A DNA stretch of 64,000 nt from NCBI GenBank assembly GCA_964016885.1, contig OZ024745.1, positions 46,438,001 to 46,502,000 of the forward strand, written 5' to 3'. Position numbers and translations under genes: made by a program. Positions 1 to 12,204 of this stretch are shown piece after piece; the stretch's first letter is position 1, and the number at the start of each line of letters is the position of its first letter. The notes under the pieces were generated by a model. The model had not been told where the DNA came from, made no database searches, and saw only the letters and a program-made list of their open reading frames with translations. This DNA is from Eledone cirrhosa. Taxonomy: Eukaryota.

Positions 1-82
1 CTAGTTGAATAACATACTCTCCACCCCATAGAACAATGCGTTTATCAAGTCTGAATTATCTCCCTTTGAATTTGCTTATAGC

Positions 83-129
83 CCGGAAGTTCATTTGAGA
101 ATATTTTCATAATGTGCACGTGGTGACGT
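83..129 (+). promoter_or_regulatory. Candidate PNO1 proximal promoter motifs
   Basis: ETS-type CCGGAAGT (83-90), E-box CACGTG (117-122) and TGACGT (124-129) lie within 120 bp of the ATG. Motif match only. Confidence 0.35.
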
Positions 130-201
130 TACTTACCCGTTTTATATCACTTTATTTAGATACTTGGATTTATATTTGTCAACTAAAATTAATTTGTAAA
201 G

Positions 202-930
202 ATGGAAGAACCCGTGGAAGTTAATACTGAAACAGATTCTGTTGAAGAGAAATCAAGAAAACGAAAAATACCTTTAAATGACGATGTTGAAATGAAAGAT
301 AGCACTACGAATGAAGAATCTTCGGATATATCACCTCCAAAGAAACCGCAATATCCTCCTATATCAACAACTTCCACACAACTCAAAATAGAAAGGCGTA
401 AAATCCCAGTTCCACCACATAGATATACACCTCTCAAAGAAAACTGGTTGAAAATTTACACGCCTGTAGTTGAACAGCTGAAATTACAAATACGATTCAA
501 TGTAAAGACTCGGCATGTAGAACTGCGTACATGTAAAAGCACCACAGAAATGAGTGCGCTACAGAGAGGAGCAGATTTCGTGCGTGCGTTTACACTCGGT
601 TTCGACATTGATGATTGTTTAGCATTACTGCGTTTGGAAGAACTTTATTTGGAGTCGTTCAACGTCACTGACGTAAAACCATTAAAAGGAGACCACTTAG
701 GACGTGCAGTTGGCCGTTTGGCTGGTCGGAATGGCAAAACGAAATATACTATTGAAAATGTTACCAAAACTAGGATTGTTTTAGCTGATACTAAAATTCA
801 TCTTTTAGGTTCTTTTCAAAATATCAGAACTGCCCGAAGAGCTGTTAGTAATTTGATTCTGGGTAGTCCTCCCTCAAAAATATACGGTAAGTTACGGACC
901 ATAGCTTCCCGCACATCTGAAAGTTTCTAA
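202..930 (+). CDS. PNO1: RNA-binding protein PNO1 (Dim2/Rrp20), KH-domain 40S biogenesis factor, intronless
   Basis: 242-aa ORF with hallmark motifs RKIPVPPHRYTPLKENWLKIYTPVVEQLKLQIRFN, VKPLKGDHLGRAVGRLAG and LILGSPPSKIYGKLR. AATAAA at 1043-1048. Confidence 0.97.
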   Translation: MEEPVEVNTETDSVEEKSRKRKIPLNDDVEMKDSTTNEESSDISPPKKPQYPPISTTSTQLKIERRKIPVPPHRYTPLKENWLKIYTPVVEQLKLQIRFNVKTRHVELRTCKSTTEMSALQRGADFVRAFTLGFDIDDCLALLRLEELYLESFNVTDVKPLKGDHLGRAVGRLAGRNGKTKYTIENVTKTRIVLADTKIHLLGSFQNIRTARRAVSNLILGSPPSKIYGKLRTIASRTSESF

Positions 931-2099
931 CATCTGACTGAATCAGTTTTGATACAGTTTAAATAGAATCATTTCTAGATCCTATGCCTGTACTTTACCG
1001 GAATTTATTGATATTGACAAATACAAATATCGATTATCAACAAATAAATGTAACATTTAATTCGAATTTGTACAAGAAAAAGAAGACTATAAATTAAATT
1101 TATTCTTGTCTAGTTTGCTTTATTAATTTTTTAAATTTGTTTTGGAATCTTTTGTGTGTTATGTTTTAAAACTGAATTTATTTAAACGTATTAGATAACA
1201 GCAGAAGCAGTTCACATCGGTGAATACCATGTTTGGAATAAGAGTTTGATTTACTAAAATAAATATATTTCAATTATCGTATTTTCATGCATCAGTTCGA
1301 TAAAAGTTTAATTTATAAACCCCGTATTTTTTGAGGCCCTTTACTGAAATATTTACTATTCCAACTGGTGAATTGACTCGTAGAATATGAGAACCTGTGA
1401 TGAAAAGCCTTCCAACCAGGATCAACCCTTTTTTTATATATATATATACATAAATTGTGTGTCTATCTTTGACTGCACTATCCAATGTATTTTTTCCATT
1501 ATTTAAAACTATGGTATATAAAATGTCTCTAGCATCCAAGTATCTGCGCGTGTCACAACGGTATCAATTATTTTAAAGTTTCCTCTCTTCAACCGGTGTA
1601 TTGTAAATTAGGAAATGAGATTCCGCTAGGAGCACCACCACTCATCATAAAACCTGAGTTAAAACTAAAGGATTTGTGGAATGGGCATTTTTTTAATTTT
1701 TTTTATTTAGAAAGAAACAGAGGAAATTAGAGCATAGTCCGTCTTGGAGAAGAATAGAAAACCGAAATGTCAACAAAAGGTGCAGTAGCATAAAAACAAA
1801 TCAATTTTGTTCCGTTATTTGTATTTATGTTTAGTTTTTAATTTTCTCATGGATAATGTACGAATAGATCTGACTACATATCACAATTAACTATTAAATA
1901 GCAATTAATTATTGCATATGTTAAGGTGGAGGGACCACAGATTTAATGACGTTTTTGAAGGCCCATATTCGTTCAAATCACAAACATTCAAAGGAAAAAT
2001 ATAAATTGCACCTTCAAAATTCTAACTACCCTTAAAATAAAATTAAAAAATACTATTACACTCATCTTGGAGACGGATATGGTAGTATTTCTTTCTAAC

Positions 2100-2505
2100 G
2101 AAATATGGCCACATGAGCATTTTAGGGTTCTACAGTGACTTCCTATCAAAGCCTGAATGATATTTAAAATCTTACTGCTGCCCTTCAAAACTACATAGTT
2201 CACCGTATTACTTTAGTGAAAACAAGTCACCAGTGTGTTTAAGATCAAGTAACAATGGACTCATGGTACCAAGCACGAGAATAGCGTGTGGTGATCGAAC
2301 ATTTACCAAATCAGCTCCAGCTCTCTGGAATTAACTAACGTGTGTAGACTTTCAGATCAAATCTGAATACTTGCCCTTTCAGAACACCTGTGAACTGCCT
2401 TCAACATCGTAGAGTTATATGTATAAAGGAATGAACTATTAGAGCGCCTATGAACCTTCTTTCACTTTGTTGGATATATGGCACCATACAAGTGTTTTAT
2501 TTTTG
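2100..2505 (+). mobile_element. Decayed 3' end of an L2-clade LINE
   Basis: Manual translation gives RVLQ*LPIKA*MIFKILLLPFK and LMVPSTRIACGDRTFTKSAPALWN*L, matching the L2 ORF2 C-terminal motifs LHWLP..RI.FK and GDRAFS.AAP.LWNSL. Confidence 0.75.
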
Positions 2506-4599
2506 TAGCAATTAAACGTTTGATATATGGAGATATATTAAGTACTTCATCCTCCACAGTACCTAATCAACAACTACTCTCCAGGTTTACTGACAGAAAT
2601 ATAGCACTTCAAGGGAATCATGTATAGGGACGCAAGTATGACAAAGTTTCATAAATATGAGGTCCTAAGTTCGGTCTCATTGTGTGGCATCTTGAGCATC
2701 ATTTACCAAAGTTTTCGGTTGACTCGAGCCATGCCGGTGAAATTAGATCGTCAAAGTGTGAAAACTTGTGGAAATCCGTAATTCAAAAGTTTGACCTTGT
2801 CACAGTGATATGGTTTGGGAATCACATAAGGGTAAAGTTGTTTGTCAAATACTCAATCACTTGCATGTCAATTCACAAGTCAGACACCCAGTTGATCAAA
2901 CAATTGCTTGCCCGTTATCAAAACTGACGAAGGATCCATTGTACATATATGCATATATACGTAATTATCCTTATTTTTTCTATGTTCTGGTGGTAGCCCT
3001 TATTTGTTAGTCTGTTAACAGTACCAAGCAGAGAAAGTTATTACAATGACTGCTCTAGTTTGAACACACACACTTCAGTCTTGTCATTTTGTGTGTGTGT
3101 GTGCAAATCCTTCACATTAAGATGGTATGACTTAATGTGAGGAAGTTAACTAGATATAATTACGGGATGAAAAATAGAAAACAAAAACATTAGTAATTTA
3201 ATATTTTAATTATTTTCGGTAAGTAAGGGAGACAACTCTGGACATATTTTTAACTTTGTAACATTTCAAAAATTAAACCAAAGAAAAGTATATAAGATAT
3301 ATTTCAGTTGTGGTCATGTATATATGTATATTATACATAGACATCGTGTATACTTTCATATACACTATTTTTAATCATGCTGTGTTAGTGTTACTGCTAA
3401 TTATAACCTAAAGCCATTTTTTCTTGAATTAAAAAATACAAGAAAGGGCCTGTTTATAGTTAGGTACACAGTGCTGAAACCACAATTGTAAATTTGTGGT
3501 ATATAAACTCATCCAGTTGACTCAGGAATTAATGAACAACCAGCATCTCGTCATCTGATGTCTCTGTAACTCCAGTTGATATGTCCCTTGCTCAAGGATA
3601 AACACAACACAATGGTGGCAATAAAATATAAAAATATCATGAGTTTAACAATTCAGTTTCATTTTATCATATGATGTACATAGCCTCAGTGGATAAAATA
3701 GATTAAACTTACAAATCTTTGGATGAACATTTTGTAGGTAGTAATTTAAGCGATGATGGTACAGAAAATTAAAATGAAGAAAGGCTTTAACTTTTGAACA
3801 CAGCATAAACTGTTTAATAATTTGCTGGTGGTGAGAGAAAAACCAATCACTATATTAACCAAGTTAACAGCAAAAATGTTGCACTCCATGCTTTGCAATA
3901 TTTAATTTTTAAAATTCAGAATCCACTTTGGATTTCATATCTCTGGCATTGATAAAATAAATACTAGTAATATAATCAGTGTTCATAAAGTATATTCACC
4001 TCTACAATGCTTGTTCTGGTTTGAATACCACTGTATGGCATTATTGGAAGTGTCTTTTGCTATAGTTTTGATTCAACATAGACTTTGTAAGTGAAATTGG
4101 GGAAATGGAAAATTGTGTGGAAGTCCATCAGATAGATTGTCCCTGTAATTCAAAGGTCCAGCTTTGTTATATATTGTACCTTTAATTCATGAGTCCAGCC
4201 TTATTAAATATTGTATTACACCAATTTATCTATAGAAGTGTATGTTCAAGCTAAATGTGTCTGCAAAATAATACAGTTCATTGAAACAGATGAGGATCCA
4301 TCATACATCTCTGCTTCAAAAACTGGTCTTGTGTCATCATTATATAACGTTTGCTTTTCTAGCAAGAGTTGAACTACTGTGTTTAAGTAAGAATACAATA
4401 ATTTTATTTAGCTTGCTCAATTGGGATTAATTATTTAACACGGAGGTATCTTTCAAAGAATGATTAACTCCACTTATCTTCAGGACAAGAAATAAAAATT
4501 AAGATATTGTTTGCCTTTTACAAGGTTATTAGTGAACTAAGTAAAGTGAAATAGCTGCAATAAGGAGTGAAAGTCAAGCTGTGCACTTGATTCTCTGGG

Positions 4600-5330
4600 A
4601 AATTACTATACAGTTTCAACAAACTGGTTGGATGGTAGCACTTTCCTCTTTAAGTGAAACCTGAAAAAGTTAATCATGGCTTTGCTGAAGAGGAAAATGG
4701 TTGTCTTCAACCCTTTCAAATGTGTCCACCATACAATCTTTTTCACCATTGCTACTAGGACAGATAAACAGCCTATCTTTCTTGGCTAAAGGAAGGCAGC
4801 TGGTGATCTTCACAATGGACTTAGCTGATAGCCAGATCGGCCCTGCATGTGACAGTAGGTGTTCAACATAAACCCACAAGTCAACAACACTCGAACACTG
4901 GACAAGTGTATACATCTCGGACAGGCCCTTCTATGCCTGTAGAGATTATCTCAAACTCGCAAAGCTCCCAGGTAGCACTGCAAACCAAGGATTTTCGGAT
5001 GTTATCCATGAGATAGAAAGTGCCCCAGAAAAGAGTGACAATTGATTTTCATCGATGCCCAGAGTCTCCCCTAGAATATCATCGTTTTTACTCACCACTA
5101 ACCCTCTATGGGATACCATAGTAGAGTTTACACCGATCATACTGCCGAATTGGCTAAGGGCTGTGAGCACTTGAAGACATTACAATTTCCAAACACTTTT
5201 TCTCAGTCTTCGTTTGGCCTAGGACTGCAGTTCTGTCAGGGAGACAAGCTGTGGGAACACATGCCAAGCAAACGGCGACCACACCTCTTCACCATCAAAG
5301 TAAAGCTGGAGATGACATAGCACATGTTTG
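4600..5330 (-). mobile_element. Decayed L1/Tx1-like LINE ORF2 C-terminal fragment
   Basis: Frameshifted peptides VQCSSVVDLWVYVEHLLS and LVAMVKKIVWWTHLKGL. A related copy lies at about 6130-6520. Confidence 0.5.
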
Positions 5331-5344
5331 CTCATCACTACTAC

Positions 5345-6045
5345 TACTAATAATAATTGTTTCTACGTTAGGCACAAGGCCAGCAATTACCCAGTGCATT
5401 ACTGGTACTTTATTTTATCGACCCCGTAAGGATGAAAGGCAAAGTCAACCTCGGCGGGATTTGAACTCAGATCGTAAAGGGACGTAACTATGCTGGAAAG
5501 CATGGCGTCCAACCCTCTACCGATACTGCCAATCCACGTTTCTACTAATAATAATAATGGTTTTTTTTATATAGGCACAAGGCCAACAATTTTGGGGGAG
5601 GGGAAAGTCGATTAAATCGACCCCAGTGCGTGACTGGTACTTTATTTTATCGACCCCGTAAGGATGAAAGGCAAAGCTAACCTAAGTGGGATTTGAACTC
5701 AGAACATAAAGGGCTATAACTCTATGCTGCAAAGCTTGTCTGACACTCTACAGATATTGACAATCCACCACCCTAATACTACTAATAATGGTTTCTGATT
5801 TAGCCACAAGGCCAACAATTTTGTGGGGAGGCAAAAGTTGATTAAATCGACCCCAGAGCATTACTGGTACTTTATTTTATCGACCCTGTGATGATAAAAG
5901 CAAAGCTAACCTCGACCTGATTTGAACTCAGAATGAAAATGGCCATAACTCTATACCACAAATCATTTCCAATGCTCTGCCATTACTGCTAACCACCGCC
6001 TTCAGCATTTTTAATAATAATGATTTCTTTATTAGCCACAAAGGC
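5345..6045 (-). mobile_element. Head-to-tail array of three tRNA-derived SINE copies
   Basis: Three ~200-bp units with a B-box (GAGTTCAAATCCC), the core GCCTTTCATCCTTACGGGGTCGATAAAATAAAGTACCAG and a (TTA/TAG)n tail. Confidence 0.85.
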
Positions 6046-6129
6046 TCACATTAAGAGAACATTAAAGACGGCACAAGATAGTACAGTGTGGAGTTGTTTT
6101 TTTTTGTGTAAAATAAAATTTTTAACAGA

Positions 6130-6520
6130 GACTAAGAAAATAAACATTTAAAAAAATCAAACAAATTCCCAAAAAGTGGAGAGCCTCCAAGAGTCACTTG
6201 TGGGGAAAGCCACGGTCACCCTCACCACTAGGACAAGAGCCCCCTCCCAGTTGTTCTCCTCTAATCTACAGGTGTATACTCAAGGACTGTGCTCACCACT
6301 CTCACCCACCTTTCAACAAATTGGGTGGAAGGCAGCACAATATCCACCCTGACTTTTCTATTCAAATAAAACTAGAAAACATTATTTAGAGCTTCACAGA
6401 AGAAGGATTTGCTTTTAAACACATCACCACACAACCTCTTTTGTCATGGCCATCAGGCAGATAAAAACTGCCTGTACCTCCCCTCTAAAAGAAGACGGTG
6501 GAGTATAAGCTGATGCTGAT
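6130..6520 (-). mobile_element. Second L1/Tx1-like 3' end fragment
   Basis: Translates QAVFICLMAMTKEVVW, homologous to the 4700-4790 segment. Confidence 0.5.
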
Positions 6521-6868
6521 TTGATAAAAATTGCTTTACTATTAAAAGAATAAAGTCAGATTAAACTATTTGTAGGGAAATAACTTAGTGTGTATGTATA
6601 TATATATATGATTGTATGTATATATATAAATACAATCATATATATGTGTGTGTGATTTTGCATTGTGTACCAAGGCAAAACACTTTCACATTGCCCCAGC
6701 TAGCAAAAGTAAGTTGTAATTCAAAAAGGCCTGAAATTTGTCTCAGAATTCATACCAGCTGACTATGCATTAGTTTTGAGAATTTCTTTAGTGACTTTTT
6801 CTTATCAGCTTTTAGTAAAACCAATTTTTGTACAACACACTTAATTAGATATTGGAATTAGTGTAACA

Positions 6869-7460
6869 TCTATATATATAAAACTGAGGATGTCTGTCTG
6901 TGTGTGTGTGAGTTTGGATCCCTAAAACTAGAGAAGCACCCAACCGACTGTTTTCAAACTTTACACATGTAATAGTTATGTTTCAGGGAGTGTTCTGAGC
7001 AAAAAAAAAATTTCAAATTTTCAATGCCCTAGGGGCCGCATTAGGCGATTTAGCGATCTCTCTATAATTCTTAGTCTTTCTCTTTTTAGATAGATACATA
7101 CATATAACGTTGCGCCCTTATAATATCTGTCTGTATGTCTAGCTGTCTGCATTACGTCACTTTCTACAATTCGCTCTGCATCCAGAACGCGCCCTTATAA
7201 TATCTGTCTGTATGTCTGGCTGTCTGCTGCTTCCGGTTATTCTGCCACCCTTGCTCAAGACAAATCTTACGCTCATTCTCCAAACAGTTGGTAAGTGCAC
7301 ACAACTTCTTCCTCACGTTTTAAGCCACAGTGTTGCTTACTTACGTACCACCAGACCCTTACTTCTTTGCCAGCCGTGGTTGTGGCAATACTAAGCTTAG
7401 CTAAGGCGGTTATATATTTCACAATACCTTATCCCGTGCGACGCCGGGTACCACTGCTAG
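6869..7460 (+). mobile_element. Non-autonomous Helitron
   Basis: 5' TC(TATATATAAAA), 3' hairpin CCCGTGCGACGCCGGG, then CTAG. Inserted between A6868 and T7461. Internal ~42-bp duplication at 7107-7150 and 7187-7228. Confidence 0.9.
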
Positions 7461-7659
7461 TATTTAATAAATTACAAAGCCTTTACACATGCTCTCCACC
7501 ATTTAATGAAAGTAGGTACAGTCAAATGTTTAACTTATTATTATTGCTGCTGTTGTTGTTGTTATTGTATATGAGACTCTGTTGCAGATTGTTCTAATTC
7601 ACCTGATCAAGTTCAGAGATCAGTTTTCAAGGCCCACTTGGGTTCTAAATTGTTCCATT

Positions 7660-10075
7660 CATCATCATCATCATCACCGTTTTACATCCGTTCTTCCACG
7701 CTAGCATGGGTTAGACGGGTTGTCCTGTTGTGGGCAGTGTATGGTCGGCTGACCATGCTCATACAGGAACTGATTTGGTTTGATTTCTACAGCTGGATGC
7801 CCTTCCTAACACCAACCTCATTTACAGTGAGTGCTGGGTGCTTTTTCATGGCGCCTACACGTCCACTTTACAGTGTGGGCTGGGTGCTTTTTTGCCATGG
7901 CACCTCCACGACCACCTTGCAGTGGGGGGTGTGGGGGCATATTGCCTATATGCTTCAGCTTGTACCCATGGGAGGTCGGGTACTCTGTATTACTGCGTGA
8001 CGCCAGAGGTCACGGTCATGTGTCATCGCCTTTGAGAGGTGTAATTGGGTAAGGTCGGCTTTTATCACCTCATCCCAGGTCATCTTGGGTCTCCCCACTC
8101 CGCGGTTTCCATCGACTTCTAGTGCTCTGCACCTTTTTATGCAGCTGTCATCCTTCATACGCATCACATATCCATACCAACGCAACCGCCTCTCCTGCAC
8201 ACAGCATTTGATTCCTCTTATGCTCAGTCTCTCTCTCAATTCATTTATGTTTTGTCGTTCGTGTATATTACTATTACACATCCATCAGAGCATGCAGGCT
8301 TCGTTTCTCTCTAATCTACGTAAGTCATCCACCTTCAGCGCCCAGGTCTCACTACCATGCAACATCGCTGTTCGGATACACACATCATACAGTCTGCCTT
8401 TCATTTTGAGGGAGAAGCCTTTTGCAGCTAGCAGTGGTAGTAGTTCCCTAAACTTCTTCCATCCCGGTCTTACCCTAATTATTGTACTTTCTGAACACCC
8501 ACCTCCGCTGCTAATTCGATCACCTAGGTAGCAGAAGCTGTCTACTGTTTCTACAGAGCCCTCCCAGAGATTGGTGGTACTTGTTTCCTGTGGCTGTTTG
8601 CTGCTTGCTGTCCCTGCACAGCTGCTGCATGTGAAGCCTACATTCTTAATTAAGCTTCCTGAGATCCCACTACATCTCTTGTGTACCCATTGTTTGCATT
8701 TGGGGCAGAGAATGGAGTTCCTACCTACACCTTTCCTACATACTGAGCAAGGCCATTTCCTTGAGGGGATCTGGATTCTGTTTTCTCGTCTACTTACAAG
8801 GACCTTAGTCTCTGTCATGTTGACTTTGAGACCCTTTCTTTCTAGTCCCTGCTTCCAAATTTTGAATTTCTTCTCTAGTTCTACCATAGATTCAGCTATA
8901 AGTGCGAGGTCATCAGCATACAGGAGTTCCCATGGGCATCCGGTCTTAAACTCCTCCGTTATTGCCTGCAGGACTATGATGAATAGAAGAGGGCTAAGAA
9001 CAGAGCCCTGGTGGACCCCAACCTGTACGCTAAATTCCTCGCTATACTCATTGTTAATCCTAACTTTGTTGACTGCTCCCCTATACATGGCTTGTACCGC
9101 TTTCACAAGCCATTCATCTACTCCTAGTTTTCTAAGAGCCCACCAGATTACAGCACGTGGAACTCTGTCAAAGGCTTTCTCAAGGTCGACAAATGCCAGG
9201 TAGAGTGGCTTACTTTTAGCTAGGTACTTTTCCTGTAACTGCCTGACAAAGAAGAGGGCATCAGTGGTGCCTCTTCCTGGCACAAACCCAAATTGCATCC
9301 ACCTAGTTCCACCCGGTCCCTAATCAACTGTGCTATAACTCTTTCTGTTACTTTCATGACCTGGTCCATCAGCTTTATACCTCTATAGTTTCCTCTATCT
9401 AGTGCATCACCTTTACCTTTGTAGCAGTTGACAATGATGCTACTGCACCAATCTTTTGGTATGACACCTAGTATTACCTGGTTAACAATACGTGTGGTTA
9501 TAGTGTGACCTACAGACCCAGATGCCTTCAGCATCTCGGCAGCTATAGCCGATGGACCGGTTGCCTTCCCCATCTTCATATCTTTGATTGCCTTACTTAC
9601 TACGCTGCTGCTGACTTGTACTGCTAGCCCCTCTATAGGGTCTACTTGGGGTAGGGTCTCTTCTTCCCATGCATTCTCCTCATTTAGTAATCTATCATAA
9701 TGACTCTTCCATGCATCTTTCTTCTCAGCACTTGTGAGGGCAAGTTCACCTTTATCATTCCGGATACACTTCTCTCCAATGACATCACAATTCTCTCCAA
9801 TGACATCACAATTCTCTCCGACACACTGCCTCGCAATCTTGAACACCTCCTGTTTCTGGTCCTCATGTTGCAAAACATGCTTGAATTTTCTATCCTCTGC
9901 TTCCCTCTAAGTATACTTGTCGCCTAGCTTCCCTCTATGTAATGTACCCTGCTCCCCCCGTTCTTCCATTCTTTCCATGCCTGTCTCTTGGCCTTAACTG
10001 CCTCATCTACCTTATTGTTCCACCATCAAGTCACTCTCCTCCTGCTTGTGGTCTTACTCCAGCCACAGACCTATT
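7660..10075 (-). mobile_element. 5'-truncated RTE-clade LINE (reverse transcriptase) with frameshifts
   Basis: Consecutive ORFs 9220-9873, 8285-9298 and 7955-8281 carry NYRGIKL, QFGF, FVDLEKAFDRV, GVHQGSVLSPLLF, YADD, a PHD-like Cys cluster, GSETW and RLRWYG. Followed by a GGTTGGTGTTAGGAAGGGCATCCAGC 3' motif and a (GAT)n tail at 7660-7677. Confidence 0.95.
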
Positions 10076-10399
10076 ATATCTCACAATAACACATACTACA
10101 TAAGATGTCAAAATTTAACTATCATTATTACAGTGAGGAGTATAGTTGTGTATGTTTATAACATGTATATATTTGTCTCTGGTGATTAAGCTATTTCTTA
10201 GAACTATTATATTTCATGTGAGTATATATAATAGCAATAAGTAATATGTTTGTGTGTGTATATATGTAAGTACAACTGTATAAAAAATGCAGATGTATAT
10301 ATAAATAAAGATTGTATATATCAAATAGCATTTATGATTGTTTAGATGCACACAATAGGGAGAACCTTTTCAACTTTATTTCTTTAGAATTGTATATAT

Positions 10400-10850
10400 T
10401 TCATCGTTTTACATCTGTATTGTGATGCTTGCATGGGTTGGATGAGTACATACTATCCTTTGCCATTTCTTTTGTAAAGTTTAGTCTCCTATGTTTAGCC
10501 TTCACTACTTTTGCCTTGTTTTCTTCTTCCACAGGTTCCTTCTTGTGGATTGCATGACACTTCTTTGCCCAACTCTCACCCTCCATAGGCACATGTCCAT
10601 ATAAGCTGTCTTTTCTCTAGCACAGGACATGATTCCTCTTATACCCAGTTGTTCTCTCAGCATTCACTCCCATAGCATTACATATCCATCAGTGCAGGCT
10701 TGTCATTTCTTTCTAGCCTTCACATTGATACCCATGTTTCCCTATCATACAACATTACACTTTGTACACAAACATGATATAATTTACTCTACACACAATG
10801 AGAATCCCTTTGTTACCAGCAGAGGCAGTAATAGCTCACTGCACCTTTTC
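10400..10850 (-). mobile_element. Decayed RTE 3' fragment
   Basis: Similar in sequence to the C-terminal part of the 7955-8460 RTE segment. Confidence 0.7.
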
Positions 10851-12204
10851 CTATATTTGTGTATGTATGATGGTCCAATTGCTCAGTCTATTGCCCAATG
10901 CTTTAGATGAACAATCAGTATGAACTGAACAACAGAACAACTTACACTCTGATTGGATTAAAGTGGTGAAGACTTGTGTAGAACTGGCCACATATTTTGG
11001 TCTTGCTGATAACAACAAGAGTAAAGTCGGCCATGAACATAGAGAATGACAACCTCGGGTTTTCCTTGTAAGAGATTCCATCTCCTAGATAGTGAGCCAA
11101 CCAAAGCTAAAGACCACTTTACAGTGTGGACTGGGTGCTTTTTGTCATGGCATCAAAATCACCACTTTACAGTGTGGAGAGGGGGCTGGGATTGGTGAGG
11201 TAGATCTAGTGTGGAGCACTTATCTGGAGAAGGGTGGTGGTGTAGGAACATGAAGGTTGAGGTGTTAGGACATGGTAGATGCAAAAAGGGAGAGAGGGAC
11301 GTTGATGAAGGGAGGGGTGTTAGGGTGAGGGGAAAGTAGTGCATACAAGATGTATGCTTCAACCCATGCATATGGAAAGGCAGGTCTTCTGTATTACTGC
11401 ATAACTTCAGAGATCTCAATCCTGTGTCATTGCCTTCGAGAGGTGTCTGTTTCAATTGGTCTTTGTAGCGTTGCATGGAGCAGGCATGTGTTGAGTTCAC
11501 TGTAGAGGATTTAACATGGCAGTTCAGAATATTCATGCATCAGGTGTGATCTGTCTATCTAAGGTGATGTTTGATGATGATGGCCTCTATTATGGAGTAG
11601 AAATCAAATACCACTTCAATGGTAGACTTTACAATCTGTCCAAACTCTGATCACAAAGAAGGACCAACAGAACTCATATAGCTAAACTGCATATGCCAAT
11701 GACAATGCCTCACCAGCTCATTCACCTAAAGAAATTCAGGTATCAGTTATCAACTTCGAAAATGTTTAGAACTGCTTTGTCTGACAATCAACATATTGAT
11801 GTAACATTTTACTGATAATATTCACATCTCAACATAGTTTTAAAGATGTAACTGTAATAGTGTAATTATCTCCTCTATGGGAGATATTCTTCTTTCAGTC
11901 TTGAGTAGTTTTTGTGGATGTATTATAAATGTTTCATTTCTGAAGATCTTATAAGATTACAATTTTGATTTTGGAGATATATTTGTTTTAAAAACAAATG
12001 TATGTATATTTCTCAATTGATGTTATTTGAAATTAGTGAAACAAATGTAAAATAAATAAAATGACTTAATTGCACCTATACTCTCAGTTTATTATTGAAT
12101 TTTCATGCTTTGTGATGTTACAATTATTGTAACTTACCCTATGGATTTTAACTTGGATATTTTTACTCTACATAATTGTTAACTGTAATAACACCTTGAG
12201 CTTT

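Noticed and set aside
189-437. 82-aa ORF antisense to PNO1
   Set aside because: Shadow ORF with no recognisable motif.
4436-4490. Minus-strand CTGAAGA...GAAA spacing
   Set aside because: Neither stem I nor stem II pairs convincingly.
8085-9203. 148-aa and 210-aa plus-strand ORFs
   Set aside because: Antisense shadows of the RTE reverse transcriptase.
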